A stretch of 64,000 nucleotides of DNA from Balanoglossus misakiensis (GCA_040954595.2 JBECUI020000047.1:1-64000); one strand, 5' to 3'; positions 47,588-60,482 are shown, counted from the stretch's first letter. The notes: generated from the letters alone by a model not told the origin. Numbers and translations: made by a program.

Positions 47588-50363
47588 ATGAATTCATTTA
47601 TCAACTCACTCACTCACTCACTCACTCACTCACTCACTCACTCACTCACTCACTCACTCACTCACTCACGCGTTAGGACATCATAGGAATACCCTAGCTG
47701 AAGCTAAAAAACCTCTTCTTTTTCCCCTCGCCTTTCTTCTTGTTGTATTTGCCTTGTTATTTTCTTGTGGTGGTTCTGGTACCACGGCCGCTCCACAGGA
47801 AGAGGCACCACCAGCCATTGATGTCCAGACAATCGCCAAGGATGAAACCGAGAAAGAAATCGGTTCTCTGAAGCTCACCTGGGTTGCTGTCCAAGGAAAG
47901 AATGCCGAGGGAAACTTGGTTGATAGTACCTACATGGTAGAGTATCGCCTTTCTACAGAGAGCAATTGGACAAAGTTGGAAGCCGTAGATCAGCCCACCC
48001 TTACACTCACTGGCCTGGAGGCAGGGGAGTACTACATTCGCATACAAGCCATCAGCACCTTTGACGACAACATGGTCAGTGACTGGACAGAAGCAGGACC
48101 ATTTGCTGCAAATGGAATTAGGCCCTTAGAAATCCATGATACTAGTGGAGCCATCAGCGAACTGACTCTTGCAATCGGAGAGACCCGGACGCTGAGTGTC
48201 CCGGGAAGCCTCTGGGTCAACGTAGAGGATACCTCAGTAAACTGGGTAAGTAGTGATAACACCATTGTAGAAGTAACAGATGGCATGGTTGAGGCAATAA
48301 CAGAGGGAAGTGCCACAATAACGGCAACATCAGGAGCAGACCCGGCCAATGCGGCATCGATAACGGTGAATGTTCCAAGCTTAAGTGATGTGGTTCTGTA
48401 TGATGAGGATAGCCTTACTATTCCCTATGGAGAAAGCGGTTCGCTTCTTCCTGCACCGAGTCATCTACCATCAGCAGGATTGTCGTTAACCTACACAAGT
48501 TCGGGCACTGTCTCGGGCCTTACCGTGGGAACCGATGGAACCATAACTATTGATAACACGACCCCAGCAGGAACCTATACCCTGAACATAACAGCAAGTG
48601 CCGCTGGCTACACGAGTACGGCAAGGCATGAGATAGCCATAACGGTCAGTCAGAGGGCAACAGAAGAGTATCTGGTCTATGCGGAAGGAGATTTTACCAG
48701 AGGAGTAAGCTATGCACCAGCTACAGCTCCCCCACAGGAAGCTGTAGTGAGTTATACCATGAATCCAACTCCGACTGGATGGAGCATTGACGCAACAAGT
48801 GGGACAATCTCTATAGCTTCAGATGCACCAGCTGGGGTAGAACAAACGGTTACTGTAACGGCAAGTCCAAGCAATCCTAACTATGCCTCTGGCAGTGTTG
48901 AGTTGACTAAGTCTGTTGTCGTCCCGACGTCCTTTATAACACGATGGGAAACAACAGCAGCCAATCAAAGCGTGGTGATTCCCGTGGGAAGCAGTACAGC
49001 AAGCTATGATATAGACTGGGGTGATGGAACGGTAGAAACACTTTCTGCCACAGCAAGTCATGTCTATGCAGAAGCAGGAGAATACACAGTTACAATAAGT
49101 AATAGTTTCCAGCAGATACGGCTGCTAGATACAACAGCAAAAATAGCAGCACGCCTTAAGTCTATTGATCAGTGGGGCACAGCACAATGGATTAGTATGG
49201 GGGGGGCATTTGCCAATGCCATCAACATGACGATGGCAGCAACCGACGTTCCTGATCTCTCAGGAGTAGCCGATATGAGTTACATGTTTTACTCGTACCT
49301 TGGGACAAGTGCCTTCAATGGAGATATCGATAGCTGGGACACGTCAAATGTAACTAATATGGCTTACATGTTCTATGGGGCAGTTAACTTTAATCGGGAC
49401 TTAAACAACTGGGACACCTCCAATGTAACGAATATGGCTTACATGTTCTTTGGGGCAGCTAACTTTAATCGGGACTTAAACAACTGGGACACCTCCAATG
49501 TAACGAATATGGCCCGCATGTTTTCCGGCGCAACCGCCTTCAATGGGAATATCAAAGACTGGAATACGTTAAGTGTAACGAATATGGCTTACATGTTTAA
49601 CTATGCAGTCAATTTCAATGGAGATATCAGTGGCTGGGACACGTCAAGTGTAACCAATATGGGAGGTATGTTCCTGAGTGCAGGCTCCTTTAATGCAGAT
49701 ATCAGTAACTGGAAGGTTGGCGCGGTAACAGATATGGGAGGGATGTTCCAAGCTGCAGTTGCTTTTAATAGGGATATCGGTCGCTGGGATACGTCAAATG
49801 TAGCAGATATGGACAGTATGTTCCATACCGCAAGAGCTTTTAATAGTGATATCGGTCGCTGGGATACGTCAAATGTAGCAGATATGGGAGAGATGTTCCA
49901 TACCGCAAGAGCTTTTAATAGGGATATCGGTCGCTGGGATACGTCAAATGTAACAGATATGGGAGATATGTTCCGTTCCGCAAGTATCTTTAATGCAGAT
50001 ATCAGTAACTGGAACATCACTAAGGTAACCAATATGACTGACATGTTCGTTGAGGCATGGAGATTCGCTCAAAACCTTGGCCCATGGTATATTACCTTAC
50101 CGCAGACCACCATCTCGGTAGACACGCCATTAACCATTGCAGCACAGAATAGCATCCTTGCAGGACAGCTGGAAAATCCACAGTACAGTCTGCCGACCGA
50201 TGCCACGCTCGACAACGATAAGTTTAGCATTACCGACGGAACGACCTTGAAAGTCAATAATGGTACTGATCCCGGCAACTATACTATAAGCATACAAACA
50301 ACAAGTGCCGATTTTAGTACACCACTCGACCCAATTGTGCAGTTTATGATAACGGTACAGTAG
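47588..50363 (+). CDS. SSR-class phase-variable lipoprotein L (11 DUF285 repeats); intact apart from SSR phase
   Basis: Single ORF 47754..50363 downstream of the SSR. Confidence 0.9.
47604..47667 (+). repeat. (ACTC)16 SSR, OFF
   Basis: 64 nt after ATG 47588. Confidence 0.95.
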
Positions 50364-50372
50364 CCATTTCCG

Positions 50373-50408
50373 AACAACAGCGGGGCTTTAGTGCTCCGCT
50401 GTTGTTTT
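50373..50408 (+). terminator. Terminator hairpin
   Basis: Same conserved hairpin after the stop codon. Confidence 0.7.
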
Positions 50409-50820
50409 GACTATAGTTTTACCCCCTCCACAGCCCCCCCATTGTGGTATCAATAACTCCTGCGTAATCTATCTGATTTGATAGAAACTTTTCCCTTTGG
50501 CATTATCTTTTTAAGGCTCTTGGGCTGATAGGGGACTCTGTCTCGGGTTACAAAGATGTGGCTGCTCTGCTTGCTTATAGCCAAAGCAGCCAAAGGGACA
50601 GCTATACCACCGGGATTGTCTCTGGGGGGGGTAGTTTACAAGGTACCATAGCCAACAGCTACCGCTACGACAAGCAGACCCCCCCCTGACACCATCACCC
50701 CCAAGACCTCTGGAAGCGCCGTAATTCTGAAGCAACTAACCCCCAACCCGGTACACCTCCACCGAAACTGGCAATCCAGGCTGGACCGCCGATAACTGGA
50801 TCATCGCTGGCCCGGTAAAC

Positions 50821-51075
50821 GCCCCGGCCAGCCCGACATCAATAACCTCCCTGGCAAGCCCCCAAGGCCCCCACTCCTGGCAAGCCCCCCCCACTCCCGC
50901 AGCCCCCAAGGCCCCCCCACTCCTGGCAAGCCCCCCCCACTCCTGGCAGCCCCCCCCAAGGCCCCCCACTCCCGCAGCCCCCAAGGCCCCCCACTTCTGG
51001 CGGGCCTTGGGAGGCTTCCCGAAAAAGATAAATATGTCCCACCTCACCCCCCAGACCGGACCACCCCCACTCCAA
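50821..51075. repeat. C-rich repeat block
   Basis: Repeated CCCCACTCCTGGCAAG / CCCCACTCCCGCAG units. Confidence 0.75.
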
Positions 51076-51197
51076 GCCAATAAAACAGAAAATAATCTTA
51101 AAAAAACTTGGTTATTCTTCTAAAACGTAATAAGCTTTTATACCGTAGTATCCTTATAGCTGCTTAATCAAAAAGTCTTGTACCTATAGGAGAAGAC

Positions 51198-51257
51198 TTG
51201 ACAAAAAAAGTGTCACTACGAATAGGATAGACTAAACAAAACCAAATTTTTAAGGAG
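51198..51257 (+). promoter_or_regulatory. sigma70-type promoter with 19-bp spacer (A7 run) plus RBS
   Basis: TTGACA 51198-51203, TAGGAT 51223-51228. Confidence 0.55.
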
Positions 51258-51266
51258 CTCCAGCCT

Positions 51267-54091
51267 ATGAATTCATTAATCAACCCACTCACCCACGCGT
51301 TAGGACATCATAGGAATACCCTAGGGGATACCCTAGCTGAAGCTAAAAAACCTCTTGTTTTTCCCCTTGCCTTTCTTCTTGTTGTATTTGCCTTGTTATT
51401 TTCTTGTGGTGGTTCTGGTACCACGGCCGCTCCACAGGAAGAGGCACCACCAGCCATTGATGTCCAGACAATCGCCAAGGATGAAACCGAGCAAGGACTC
51501 GGTTCTCTGAAGTTCACCTGGGTTGCTGTCCAGGGAAAGAATGCCGAGGGAAACTTGGTTGATAGTACCTACATGGTAGAGTATCGCCTTTCTACAGAGA
51601 GCAATTGGACAAAGTTGGAAGCCGTAGATCAGCCCACCCTTACACTCACTGGCTTGGAGGCAGGAATGGAGTATTCTATTCGCATACAAGCCATCAGCAC
51701 CTTTGACGCCAACATGGTCAGTGACTGGACAGAGGCAGGGCCATTTGCTGCAAATGGAATTAGGCCCTTAGAAATCCATGATACTAGTGGAGCCATCAGC
51801 GAACTGACTCTTGCAATCGGAGAGACCCGGACGCTGAGTGTCCCAGAAAGCTTCTGGGTCAACGTAGAGGATACCTCCGTAAACTGGGTAAGTAGTGATA
51901 ATACCATTGTAGAAGTAACAGATGGCATGGTTGAGGCAATAACAGAGGGAAGTGCCACAATAACGGCAACATCAGGAGCAGACCCGGCCAATGCGGCATC
52001 GATAACGGTGAATGTTCCAAGTTTAAGCAATGTGGTTCTGTATGTTGAGGATAGCCTTACTATTCCCTATGGAGAAAGCGGTTCGCTTCTTCCTGCACTG
52101 AGTCAACTACCATCAGCAGGATTGTCTTTAACCTACACAAGTTCGGGCACTGTAGCGGGCCTTACCGTGGGAACCGATGGAACCATAACTATTGATAACA
52201 CGACCCCAGCAGGAACCTATAACCTGAACATAACAGCAAGTGCGGATGGCTACACGAGTACGGCAAGCCATCAGATAGCCATAACGATCAGTCAGAGGGC
52301 AACAGAAGAGTATCTGGTCTATGCAGAAGGAGATTTTATCAGAGGAGTAAGCTATACACCAGCTACAGCTGCCCCACAGGGAGCTGGATTGGGTTATGCC
52401 ATGGATCCAACTCCGACTGGATGGAGCATTGAGGCAACAACTGGGACCATATCTATAGCTTCAGATGCACAAGTTGGGGTAGAACAAACGGTTACTGTAA
52501 CGGCAAGTCCAAGCAATCCTAACTATGCCGCTGGCAGTGTTGAATTGACTAAGTCTGTTGTCGACCCGTTTAGTGCTGGTCCCGACTCGTCGTTCTTTAT
52601 AACACGATGGGAAACAACAGATGTAAATCAAACAGTGGAGATTCCCGTGGGAGGCAGTACAGCAAGCTATGATATAGACTGGGGCGATGGAAGGGCAGAA
52701 AGACTTTCTGACACAGCAAGCCATGTCTATGCAGCTGCGGGAGAATATACAGTCAAGATAGCCGATAGTTTTCAGCGGATACGATTGGCGGATACAACAG
52801 GAGCAATAGCAGCGCGCCTGAAGTCTATTGATCAGTGGGGCACAGCACAATGGATTAGTATGGAGGGGGCATTTGCCAATGCCAGAAACATGACTATGGC
52901 AGCAACCGACATCCCTGATCTTTCAGAGGTAGAAAGTATGCAGAAGATGTTCTACAATGCAACCATCTTTAATGGTGATATCAACAACTGGAACACCTCT
53001 CAGGTAACCAATATGAGTGAGATGTTTGACACTGCAGTCGCCTTCAATCAAGACTTGAGAGATTGGAACACCACTAAGGTAACCAATATGAGTTACATGT
53101 TTTATAATGCACGTGCCTTCAATGGAGATGTCAGTACTTGGGACACCACTAAGGTAACCAATATGAGTTACATGTTTTCCAATGCAATTAGCTTTAATGG
53201 AAATATCAGCACTTGGAAGACCTCTCAGGTAACTGATATGAGTAGCATGTTCCACAATGCAACCGTCTTTAATAGTGATATCAGCAACTGGAACACCATC
53301 GCGGTAACCAATATGAGTCACCTGTTCTACAATGCACGTGCCTTTAATGGTGATATCAGCAACTGGAACACCTCAGAAGTAACCGATATGAATTCCATGT
53401 TCTACTATGCATCTTCATTTCATCAGAACTTGAGCAACTGGAAGACATCAAAAGTAACTACTATGAATTCCATGTTTGACTCTGCACTTGCCTTTAATGG
53501 TGACATCAGCACCTGGGACACCTCAGAAGTAACCAATATGAGTCGCATGTTCTACAATGCGACTAACTTTAATGGAAACATCGGCAACTGGAACACCATC
53601 GCGGTAACCAATATGAGTCACATGTTCTACAATGCGCGTGCCTTTAATGGTGATATCAGCAACTGGAACACCTCAGAAGTAACCGATATGAGTAATATGT
53701 TTAGTGGTGCATCCTTCTTCAATCAAGATTTGAGTCGCTGGGACATACCAAAAGTAACCGATATGAGTAATATGTTTAGTGGGCGTCGGCCTTTAGTCAG
53801 AACCTCGGTCCATGGTATATTACATTACCGCAGAAAACCATTCCGATAGGCACTTCACTGACTATTGCAACACAGAACAATGTCCTTGCAGGACATTTGC
53901 TACCTCCGCAGTACAATCTACCTACAGATGCTACAACTCACAACAATAAGTTTAACATTACCGACGGAACGAACTTGAATGCCAATAATGGTACTAATGC
54001 TGGCGAATATACCATAAAGATACAAACAAGAGGTGCCGATTTCAGTTGGCCATCGAACCCTATTGTGGAGTTTACTATACCGATACAGTAG
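51267..54091 (+). CDS. Lipoprotein M: cassette-class leader with degenerate in-frame repeat (ACCC ACTC ACCC); divergent head with 12 DUF285 repeats; frameshift near 53781
   Basis: ORF 51267..53849 starts [19 protein letters not shown]...[12 protein letters not shown]; the tail continues in 53897..54091. Confidence 0.85.
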
Positions 54092-54228
54092 AGATATTCT
54101 GGAAAACAGCCACATTTCGCGGTAGTTTCTAATATCACCCCTGAATGAGTGGGGGTTGTGGATGGGGAAAATCATAAAAAATTCTGTGTCTTCAACATCA
54201 CAACTGCTATTGCTTTTTAAAAACACGT

Positions 54229-56353
54229 GTGAAGAAAATTTTTGACTTTTCTATATATTGTGTATATATAGAAAATATATATTTCTCTTATGAAGGGTTT
54301 ATTTTTGCCAAAATCTTAGTGAAATCAGTGGTGCTTTTTGTTGCTCTGTTTAGTGTTTCTTGTGACAGTACCGGCACCAGCAGTGTGCTGAGTCCCCCGA
54401 TTAGCAACCTCGCCGTTCGATTTGTTGCGGAGGACAGTATCCATATAACATGGAGCCCTCCCACACTCGCACCTGATATATATAATATCATCCTTAAGGC
54501 CAATGACGCCACAATAAGCGAAAAGAACATACTTGCTGACGATCCAGCTATTATTTCCACCGAATCCGGTCTGTCATACACTCTTACCACGGATATTCTT
54601 GATCCAGCTACTACCTACTCCATAGAAGTCCGGACAATGCTTGGCAGTACCTACTCGATCGTCGTATCCTCACTTCCGCTAAAAACTGGTATCACGGATT
54701 CTGCCGTATCAAACATAGAAGTAACGGAAACTCAACCTGATAGCATTACTCTCTAATGGCAGCAGGCAGATCCTGTAGAACGTTCAGCCCACTCCTATAT
54801 CATTCGTCTCACCGATGAATCAGGACAAAAACTCACACAAAACATACTTGCTGCAGACCTCACTCCCGATGCATCAGGTCTTATTCGTTATACCTTACTA
54901 AATCTTGACCCTGGGAAATCCTATCGGGTGGAAATTATTACCCAGTTAGACGAAGCAGGAAACGACCTCAGTACGCCAATAGAACCAGCTATCCCGGTAG
55001 CAACAGCGCCGCCATCATCAGTAAATGTTGGCACTGCTGCGCCGATTGCATCAGTCAGCACAAGGACAATCATGCTGAGATGGGATGCAGTATCACCCGG
55101 CAAAACCGACCAGGGGTATGCCCTTCCTACTCGCTACTCTGTCTACATATCGTTAGTAGATGGAACTGTCTCGGATATTGCAGTGCAAGAGAATCTTGTG
55201 CACAGGCTGCCAACTTCTGCCCTAGGCACATATGAAGTGCAGATAACGCAATTAAAAGACGGAATGTTGTTGGCACCTCCAACAACATATTTCATTGTTA
55301 TACAATCTGAAGCAGTAGATGGAGGAATCACTAGTAGTACGAGTTACACAAGCACAACAGCAATAACTACCGACCCGGAAGCAAGTAGAGCACCCGGATC
55401 AGTTGATCCTTTGACCATAGTCAAAGATGAAACCGAAAAAACTATCAAGACTCTGACACTAAGCTGGGCGGCAGAAGAAGTAGGATTAGATGCGGAAGGA
55501 AACATTGTACCAACCCTCTATGTCATTCGTTACCTTCCCAGCACACACACCGAGCGAAGAAGACTGGAACAATGCACCAACAGTAGAAACGGAAGACACA
55601 CACTATACCCTGACCAATCTGGAAGGTGCAGAGCAATATCAGATACGCATCCAGTCTGAAAATACCGTAGATAGAACATCAACCTCCATATGGACGGAAT
55701 CAAAAGAGTTTTCAAGTAACGGTGTTACTGGAATAGAGGATAATAAGATAAGCAATAGTTTTCAGCGAATACGATTGGCAGATACGACAGAAGAAATAGC
55801 CGCACGATTGAAGTCTATTGATCAGTGGGGCACAGCAAGCTGGGTTAGCATGGAGTCGGCATTGTTTAAGGCAAGCAGCATGACTATGGCTGCAACCGAC
55901 ATTCCTGATCTCTCAGGAGTAGAAAATATGAGTAAGATGTTCAGAGATGCATCCTCATTCAATGGAGATATCAGCAACTGGAACACTGCCAATGTAACCA
56001 ATATGCTTGTAATGTTCAATGGGGCAAGTGCATTCAATCAGGACTTGAGTGGCTGGGTTGTCTCCCAGGTAACCACTATGATAGGAATGTTCAGTAGGGC
56101 AGACAACTTCAAACAGGATTTCGGACCATGGTATATTACATTGCCGCAGACGACCATCTTGGTAGACACTCCACTGACCATTGCAGCACAGAACGACTCC
56201 CTTGCAGGACAGCTGGGAAATCCACAGTACAGTCTTCCGACCGATGCTACAACTGACAACGGTGAGTATACCATAAGCAGACAAACAACAAGCGCCGATT
56301 TTAGCACGCCACAGGAACCAATTGTGCAGTTTACTATAACGGTAGAACAGTAA
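54229..56353 (+). pseudogene. Degraded lipoprotein N (lipobox SVSC, FN3 repeats, internally deleted stalk, 3 DUF285 repeats)
   Basis: In-frame TAA at 54754-54756, frameshift ~55550; FN3 end (NGVTGI) joins directly to ISNSFQRIRL, lacking Big_2/PKD; deletion in the tail. Confidence 0.75.
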
Positions 56354-56363
56354 AAATTCCCAG

Positions 56364-56397
56364 AAAACAGCGGGGCTTTAGTGCTCTGCTGTTTTTT
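56364..56397 (+). terminator. Intrinsic terminator
   Basis: AAAACAGCGGGGC-TTTAGT-GCTCTGCTGTTTTTT. Confidence 0.75.
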
Positions 56398-56469
56398 GAC
56401 TATAGTTTTGCCCCCTCCACAGCCCCCCATTGTGGTATCAATAACCCCTGCGCAATCTATCTGATTTGA

Positions 56470-56517
56470 TTGAAATTTTGCCCTTTGAGCATTATACTCC
56501 CCTTAACTCATTGGAGG
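56470..56517 (+). promoter_or_regulatory. Candidate sigma70 promoter TTGAAA-17-TATACT plus GGAGG RBS
   Basis: TTGAAA TTTTGCCCTTTGAGCAT TATACT, then GGAGG 5 nt before ATG 56523; same design as upstream of gene E. Confidence 0.6.
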
Positions 56518-56522
56518 TCATT

Positions 56523-59100
56523 ATGCGTTCAATTTTTATTGCAACAACTTTTCTTCTTGTTGTATTTGCCTTGTTATTTTCTTGTGATGGCACGGCCGCT
56601 CCACAGGAAGAGGCACCACCAGCCATTGATGTCCAGACAATCGCCAAGGATGAAACCGAGAAAGAAATCGGTTCTCTGAAGCTCACCTGGGTTGCTGTCC
56701 AAGGAAAGAATGCCGAGGGAAACTTGGTTGATAGTACCTACTTGGTAGAGTATCGCCTTTCTACAGAGAGCAATTGGACAAAGTTGGAAGCCGTAGATCA
56801 GCCCACCCTTACACTCACTGGCTTGGAGGCAGGAATGGAGTATTCTATTCGCATACAAGCCATCAGCACCTTTGACGCCAACATGGTCAGTGACTGGACA
56901 GAAGCAGGACAATTTGCTGCAAATGGAATTAGGCCCTTAGAAATCCATGATACTAGTGGAGCCATCAGCGAACTGACTCTTGCAATCGGAGAGACCCGGA
57001 CGCTGAGTGTCCCAGAAAGCTTCTGGGTCAACGTAGAGGATACCTCAGTAAGCTGGGTAAGTAGTGATAACACCACTGTAGAAGTAACAGATGGCATGGT
57101 TGAGGCAATAACAGAGGGAAGTGCCACAATAACGGCAACATCAGGAGCAGACCCGACCAATGCGGCATCGATAACGGTGAATGTTCCAAGTTTAAGCAAT
57201 GTGGTTCTGTATGATGAGGATAGCCTTACTATTCCCTATGGAGAAAGCGATCCCTTATCCTCACACCGAGTGATCTACTCTTACCAGGATTGTCTTTAAC
57301 CTACACAAGTTCGGGCACTGTAGCGGGCATTACCGTGGGAACCGATGGAACCATAACTATTGATAACACAACACAAGTAGGCACGTATACCCTGGACATA
57401 ACAGCAAGTGCGGATGGCTACACGAATACGGCAAGCCATCAGATAGCCATAACGATCAGTCAGAGGGCAACAGAAGAGTATATGGTCTATGCAGAAGGAG
57501 AATTTACCAGGGGAGAGGCATATGCACCAGCTACAGCTGCCCCACAGGGAGCTGGAGTGAGTTATGCCATGAATCCAACTCCGACTGGATGGAGCATTGA
57601 CGCAACAAGTGGGACCATCTCTATCGCTTCAGATGCACCAGCTGGGGTAGAACAAACGGTTACTGTAACGGCAAGTCCAAGCAATCCTAACTATGCCGCT
57701 GGCAGTGTTGAGTTGACTAAGTCTGTTGCCGCCCCGCCGTCCTTTATAACACGATGGGAAACAACAGAAGCCAATCAAAGCGTGGAGATTCCCGTGGGAA
57801 GCAGTACAGCAAGCTATGATATATCCTGGGGCGATGGAACGGAAGACACACTCTCTGGTATAGCACGCCATACCTATGCAGAAGCAGGAGAATACACAGT
57901 TACAATAAGTAATAGTTTCCAGCAGATACGGCTGCTAGATACAACAGAAGAAATAGCCGCACGATTGAAGTCTATTGATCAGTGGGGCACAGCACAATGG
58001 ATTAGTATGGAGGGGGCATTTGCTAATGCCATCAACATGACGATGGCAGCAACCGACGTTCCTGATCTCTCAAGAGTAGCCAATATGGGTTTCATGTTTA
58101 CCTCCTACATTGGGGCAAGTGCCTTCAATGAAGATCTCAACAATTGGGATACGTCAAATGTGACCAATATGGCTAACATGTTCTATGGGGCAAATGCCTT
58201 CAATGGAGATATCAGTAGCTGGAACACAGAAAAAGTAATCAATATGGCTTTGATGTTCTATGGGGCAAGTGTCTTCAATGGAGATATCAGCAACTGGAAA
58301 ACATCAAATGTAACAGTTATGAGTTCCATGTTTGGTTTTGCACGTAGTTTCAATCAAGACTTGAGTCGCTGGGACACCGCCAAGGTAACGGATATGCGTG
58401 GGATGTTCCAGAGCGCAACCGCCTTCAATGGAGATATCAGTCGCTGGAACACCGACGAGGTAACCCGTATGGATGAAATGTTCTATGGGGCAAGTGTCTT
58501 CAATGGAGATATCAGTAGCTGGAACACAGAAAAAGTAACCAATATGAGTAACATGTTCAGTGGGGCAACCTCATTCAATGGAGATATCAGCAACTGGAAC
58601 ACAGAAAAAGCAACCAATATGCGTAGGATGTTCTATGGGGCAAATGCCTTCAATGGAGATATCAGCAACTGGAACACAGAAAAAGTAACCGATATGAGTC
58701 TTATGTTCAATGGGGCAGGAGCATTCAATCAGGACTTGAGTGGCTGGGTTGTCTCCCAGGTAACCAATATGTTTGTAATGTTCAATGGGGCAGACAACTT
58801 TAAACAGGATCTCGGACCATGGTATATTACCTTACCGCCGACCACCATCTCGGTAGACACGCAATTAACCATTGCAGCACAGAATAGCATCCTTGCAGGA
58901 CAGCTGGGAAATCCGCAGTATAGTCTGCCGACCGATGCCACGACCGACAACGATAAGTTCAGCATTAGCAACGGAACAACCTTGAATGTCAATAATGGTA
59001 CTGATCCCGGCGACTATACCATAAGCATACAAACAACAAGTGCCGATTTAGCACGCCACAGGAGCCAATTGTGCGGTTTGCTATAACGGTAGTACCGTAA
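56523..59100 (+). CDS. Lipoprotein O: short-stalk body with SSR-free leader [21 protein letters not shown]; 10 DUF285 repeats; two 1-nt indels
   Basis: ORFs 56466-57299 and 57290-59086; indels at ~57252 and ~59047; stop TAA 59098-59100. Confidence 0.8.
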
Positions 59101-59110
59101 AGATTCCCAG

Positions 59111-59144
59111 AAAACAGCGGGGCTTTAGTGCTCCGCTGTTTTTT
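59111..59144 (+). terminator. Intrinsic terminator
   Basis: AAAACAGCGGGGC-TTTAGT-GCTCCGCTGTTTTTT. Confidence 0.75.
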
Positions 59145-59352
59145 GACTATAGTTTTACCCCCTCCACAGCCAGCCCCCCCACTGTGGTATCAATAACTCC
59201 TGCGCAATCTATCTGATTTGATAGAAACTTTGCCCTTTGAGCATTATCTTTTTAAGGCTCTTGGGCTGATAGGGGACTCTGTCTCGGGTTACAAAGATGT
59301 GGGGTAGTGTCAAGAATTTTGCGCACTTTCAAATCTCCAATGTTGAAAGAGC

Positions 59353-60378
59353 CTAACGTACATCTTGCCTTATCGCTTCAAGTAAGTCCATATTCAAATA
59401 CTTTTCTGTACTCCATTTTGTTCCCATGATGTACCTGAGCCTGGCAGCTGATAGCATAAGGGCCGAATCCCCATCGGGGAAATGTTCTGCTAGTATGGTT
59501 CTTCGAACCAGGGTTCTTCGAACCAGGGTTCTTCGAACCAGGGTTCTGCGTTTGATTTCTTTCATGATTCTTTCAAGAGGATTATTAGTCCTGATCCGAA
59601 TCCAATGTTCCTGAGGGAAATACCTATGCTCAAGAGTTTCGTGGATATAGTTTTTCACCATGTTAGCAGCCTTGGAAGTTCCATATTGCGGAGTTTCGCT
59701 TCAATCAGTTGAGCCTTCTCAAGAGCAGCATCACGATCTTCTTGCGCATAAGAATTGCCTTCTCAGCATTGCTGCAACTTCACGGACCTTCTCACGGGGA
59801 ACCACCTGAGAATACATTCCGGTAATAGTGAACAACGCATCGTTGCCATCGTGCTTTAGGGAAAAACTTTTCGATGGATTCAGGCCAATCCGATGCATTT
59901 GTCGCTGCCGAAGTAGGGACAGGTCGCGACCTGTCCCTACTCCTTGATGAGTTGATTCCGCCAAGTATTGATTCTCTACTAAGAGATCCTGGTTCAAATT
60001 GCTCATTGTCCCAGGGCTTTATCTTGGTTCCCCAAAGGGCCTCGGTAATATCTTTAACTCGGCGCACTGAAACACCAGCTAAATACATTTCAACTAAGGC
60101 TTCTTCAACGGATGTTTCCTGGCGTTTATAACGCTCAATAATTGCTGTTTCGAATGGAAGCCGAAGTAGGGATATCCAACTTCCTGGTGTAATGTCCGGC
60201 ACGAGTATCTTTTCGTGCATCCGTAGGTTCGTATTTTTCAGCCTGAAGTAAAGGATCTGCCTCCGCATTGAGCATGGCATTCAAGGTTTCCTCATACGGT
60301 TTCTTTAACCATTTGGCTGCTCTGTAGGAGATCTTCATCGATCTGTATGATCTCTCCCCGTGGGGTCTCTGACTTCAT
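59353..60378 (-). pseudogene. IS256-family (Mutator-type) transposase pseudogene
   Basis: ATG 60378 with GGAGG RBS; split over several frames; central region deleted near 59912-59945. Confidence 0.85.
59912..59941. repeat. Perfect 30-bp palindrome (GTAG-type REP-like)
   Basis: AGTAGGGACAGGTCG|CGACCTGTCCCTACT. Confidence 0.8.
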
Positions 60379-60482
60379 TTTGTCCTCCGTGTGAATGGTT
60401 TTACATTCGATTCCATTTCAACATTGGAGGACATTTTTTTTCAATGCCTTTTTAGAATGTGCGCAATTTTTTAAACACTACC

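Larger units (their letters stand above)
59303..60482 (-). mobile_element. IS256-family insertion sequence, decayed
   Basis: Imperfect terminal IRs GGTAGTGTCAAGAATTTTGCGCACTTTC / GGTAGTGTTTAAAAAATTGCGCACATTC; transposase motifs EALVEMYLAGVSVRRVKDITEALWG, WQRCVVH and RIRTNNPLERIMKEIKRRT. Confidence 0.9.
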
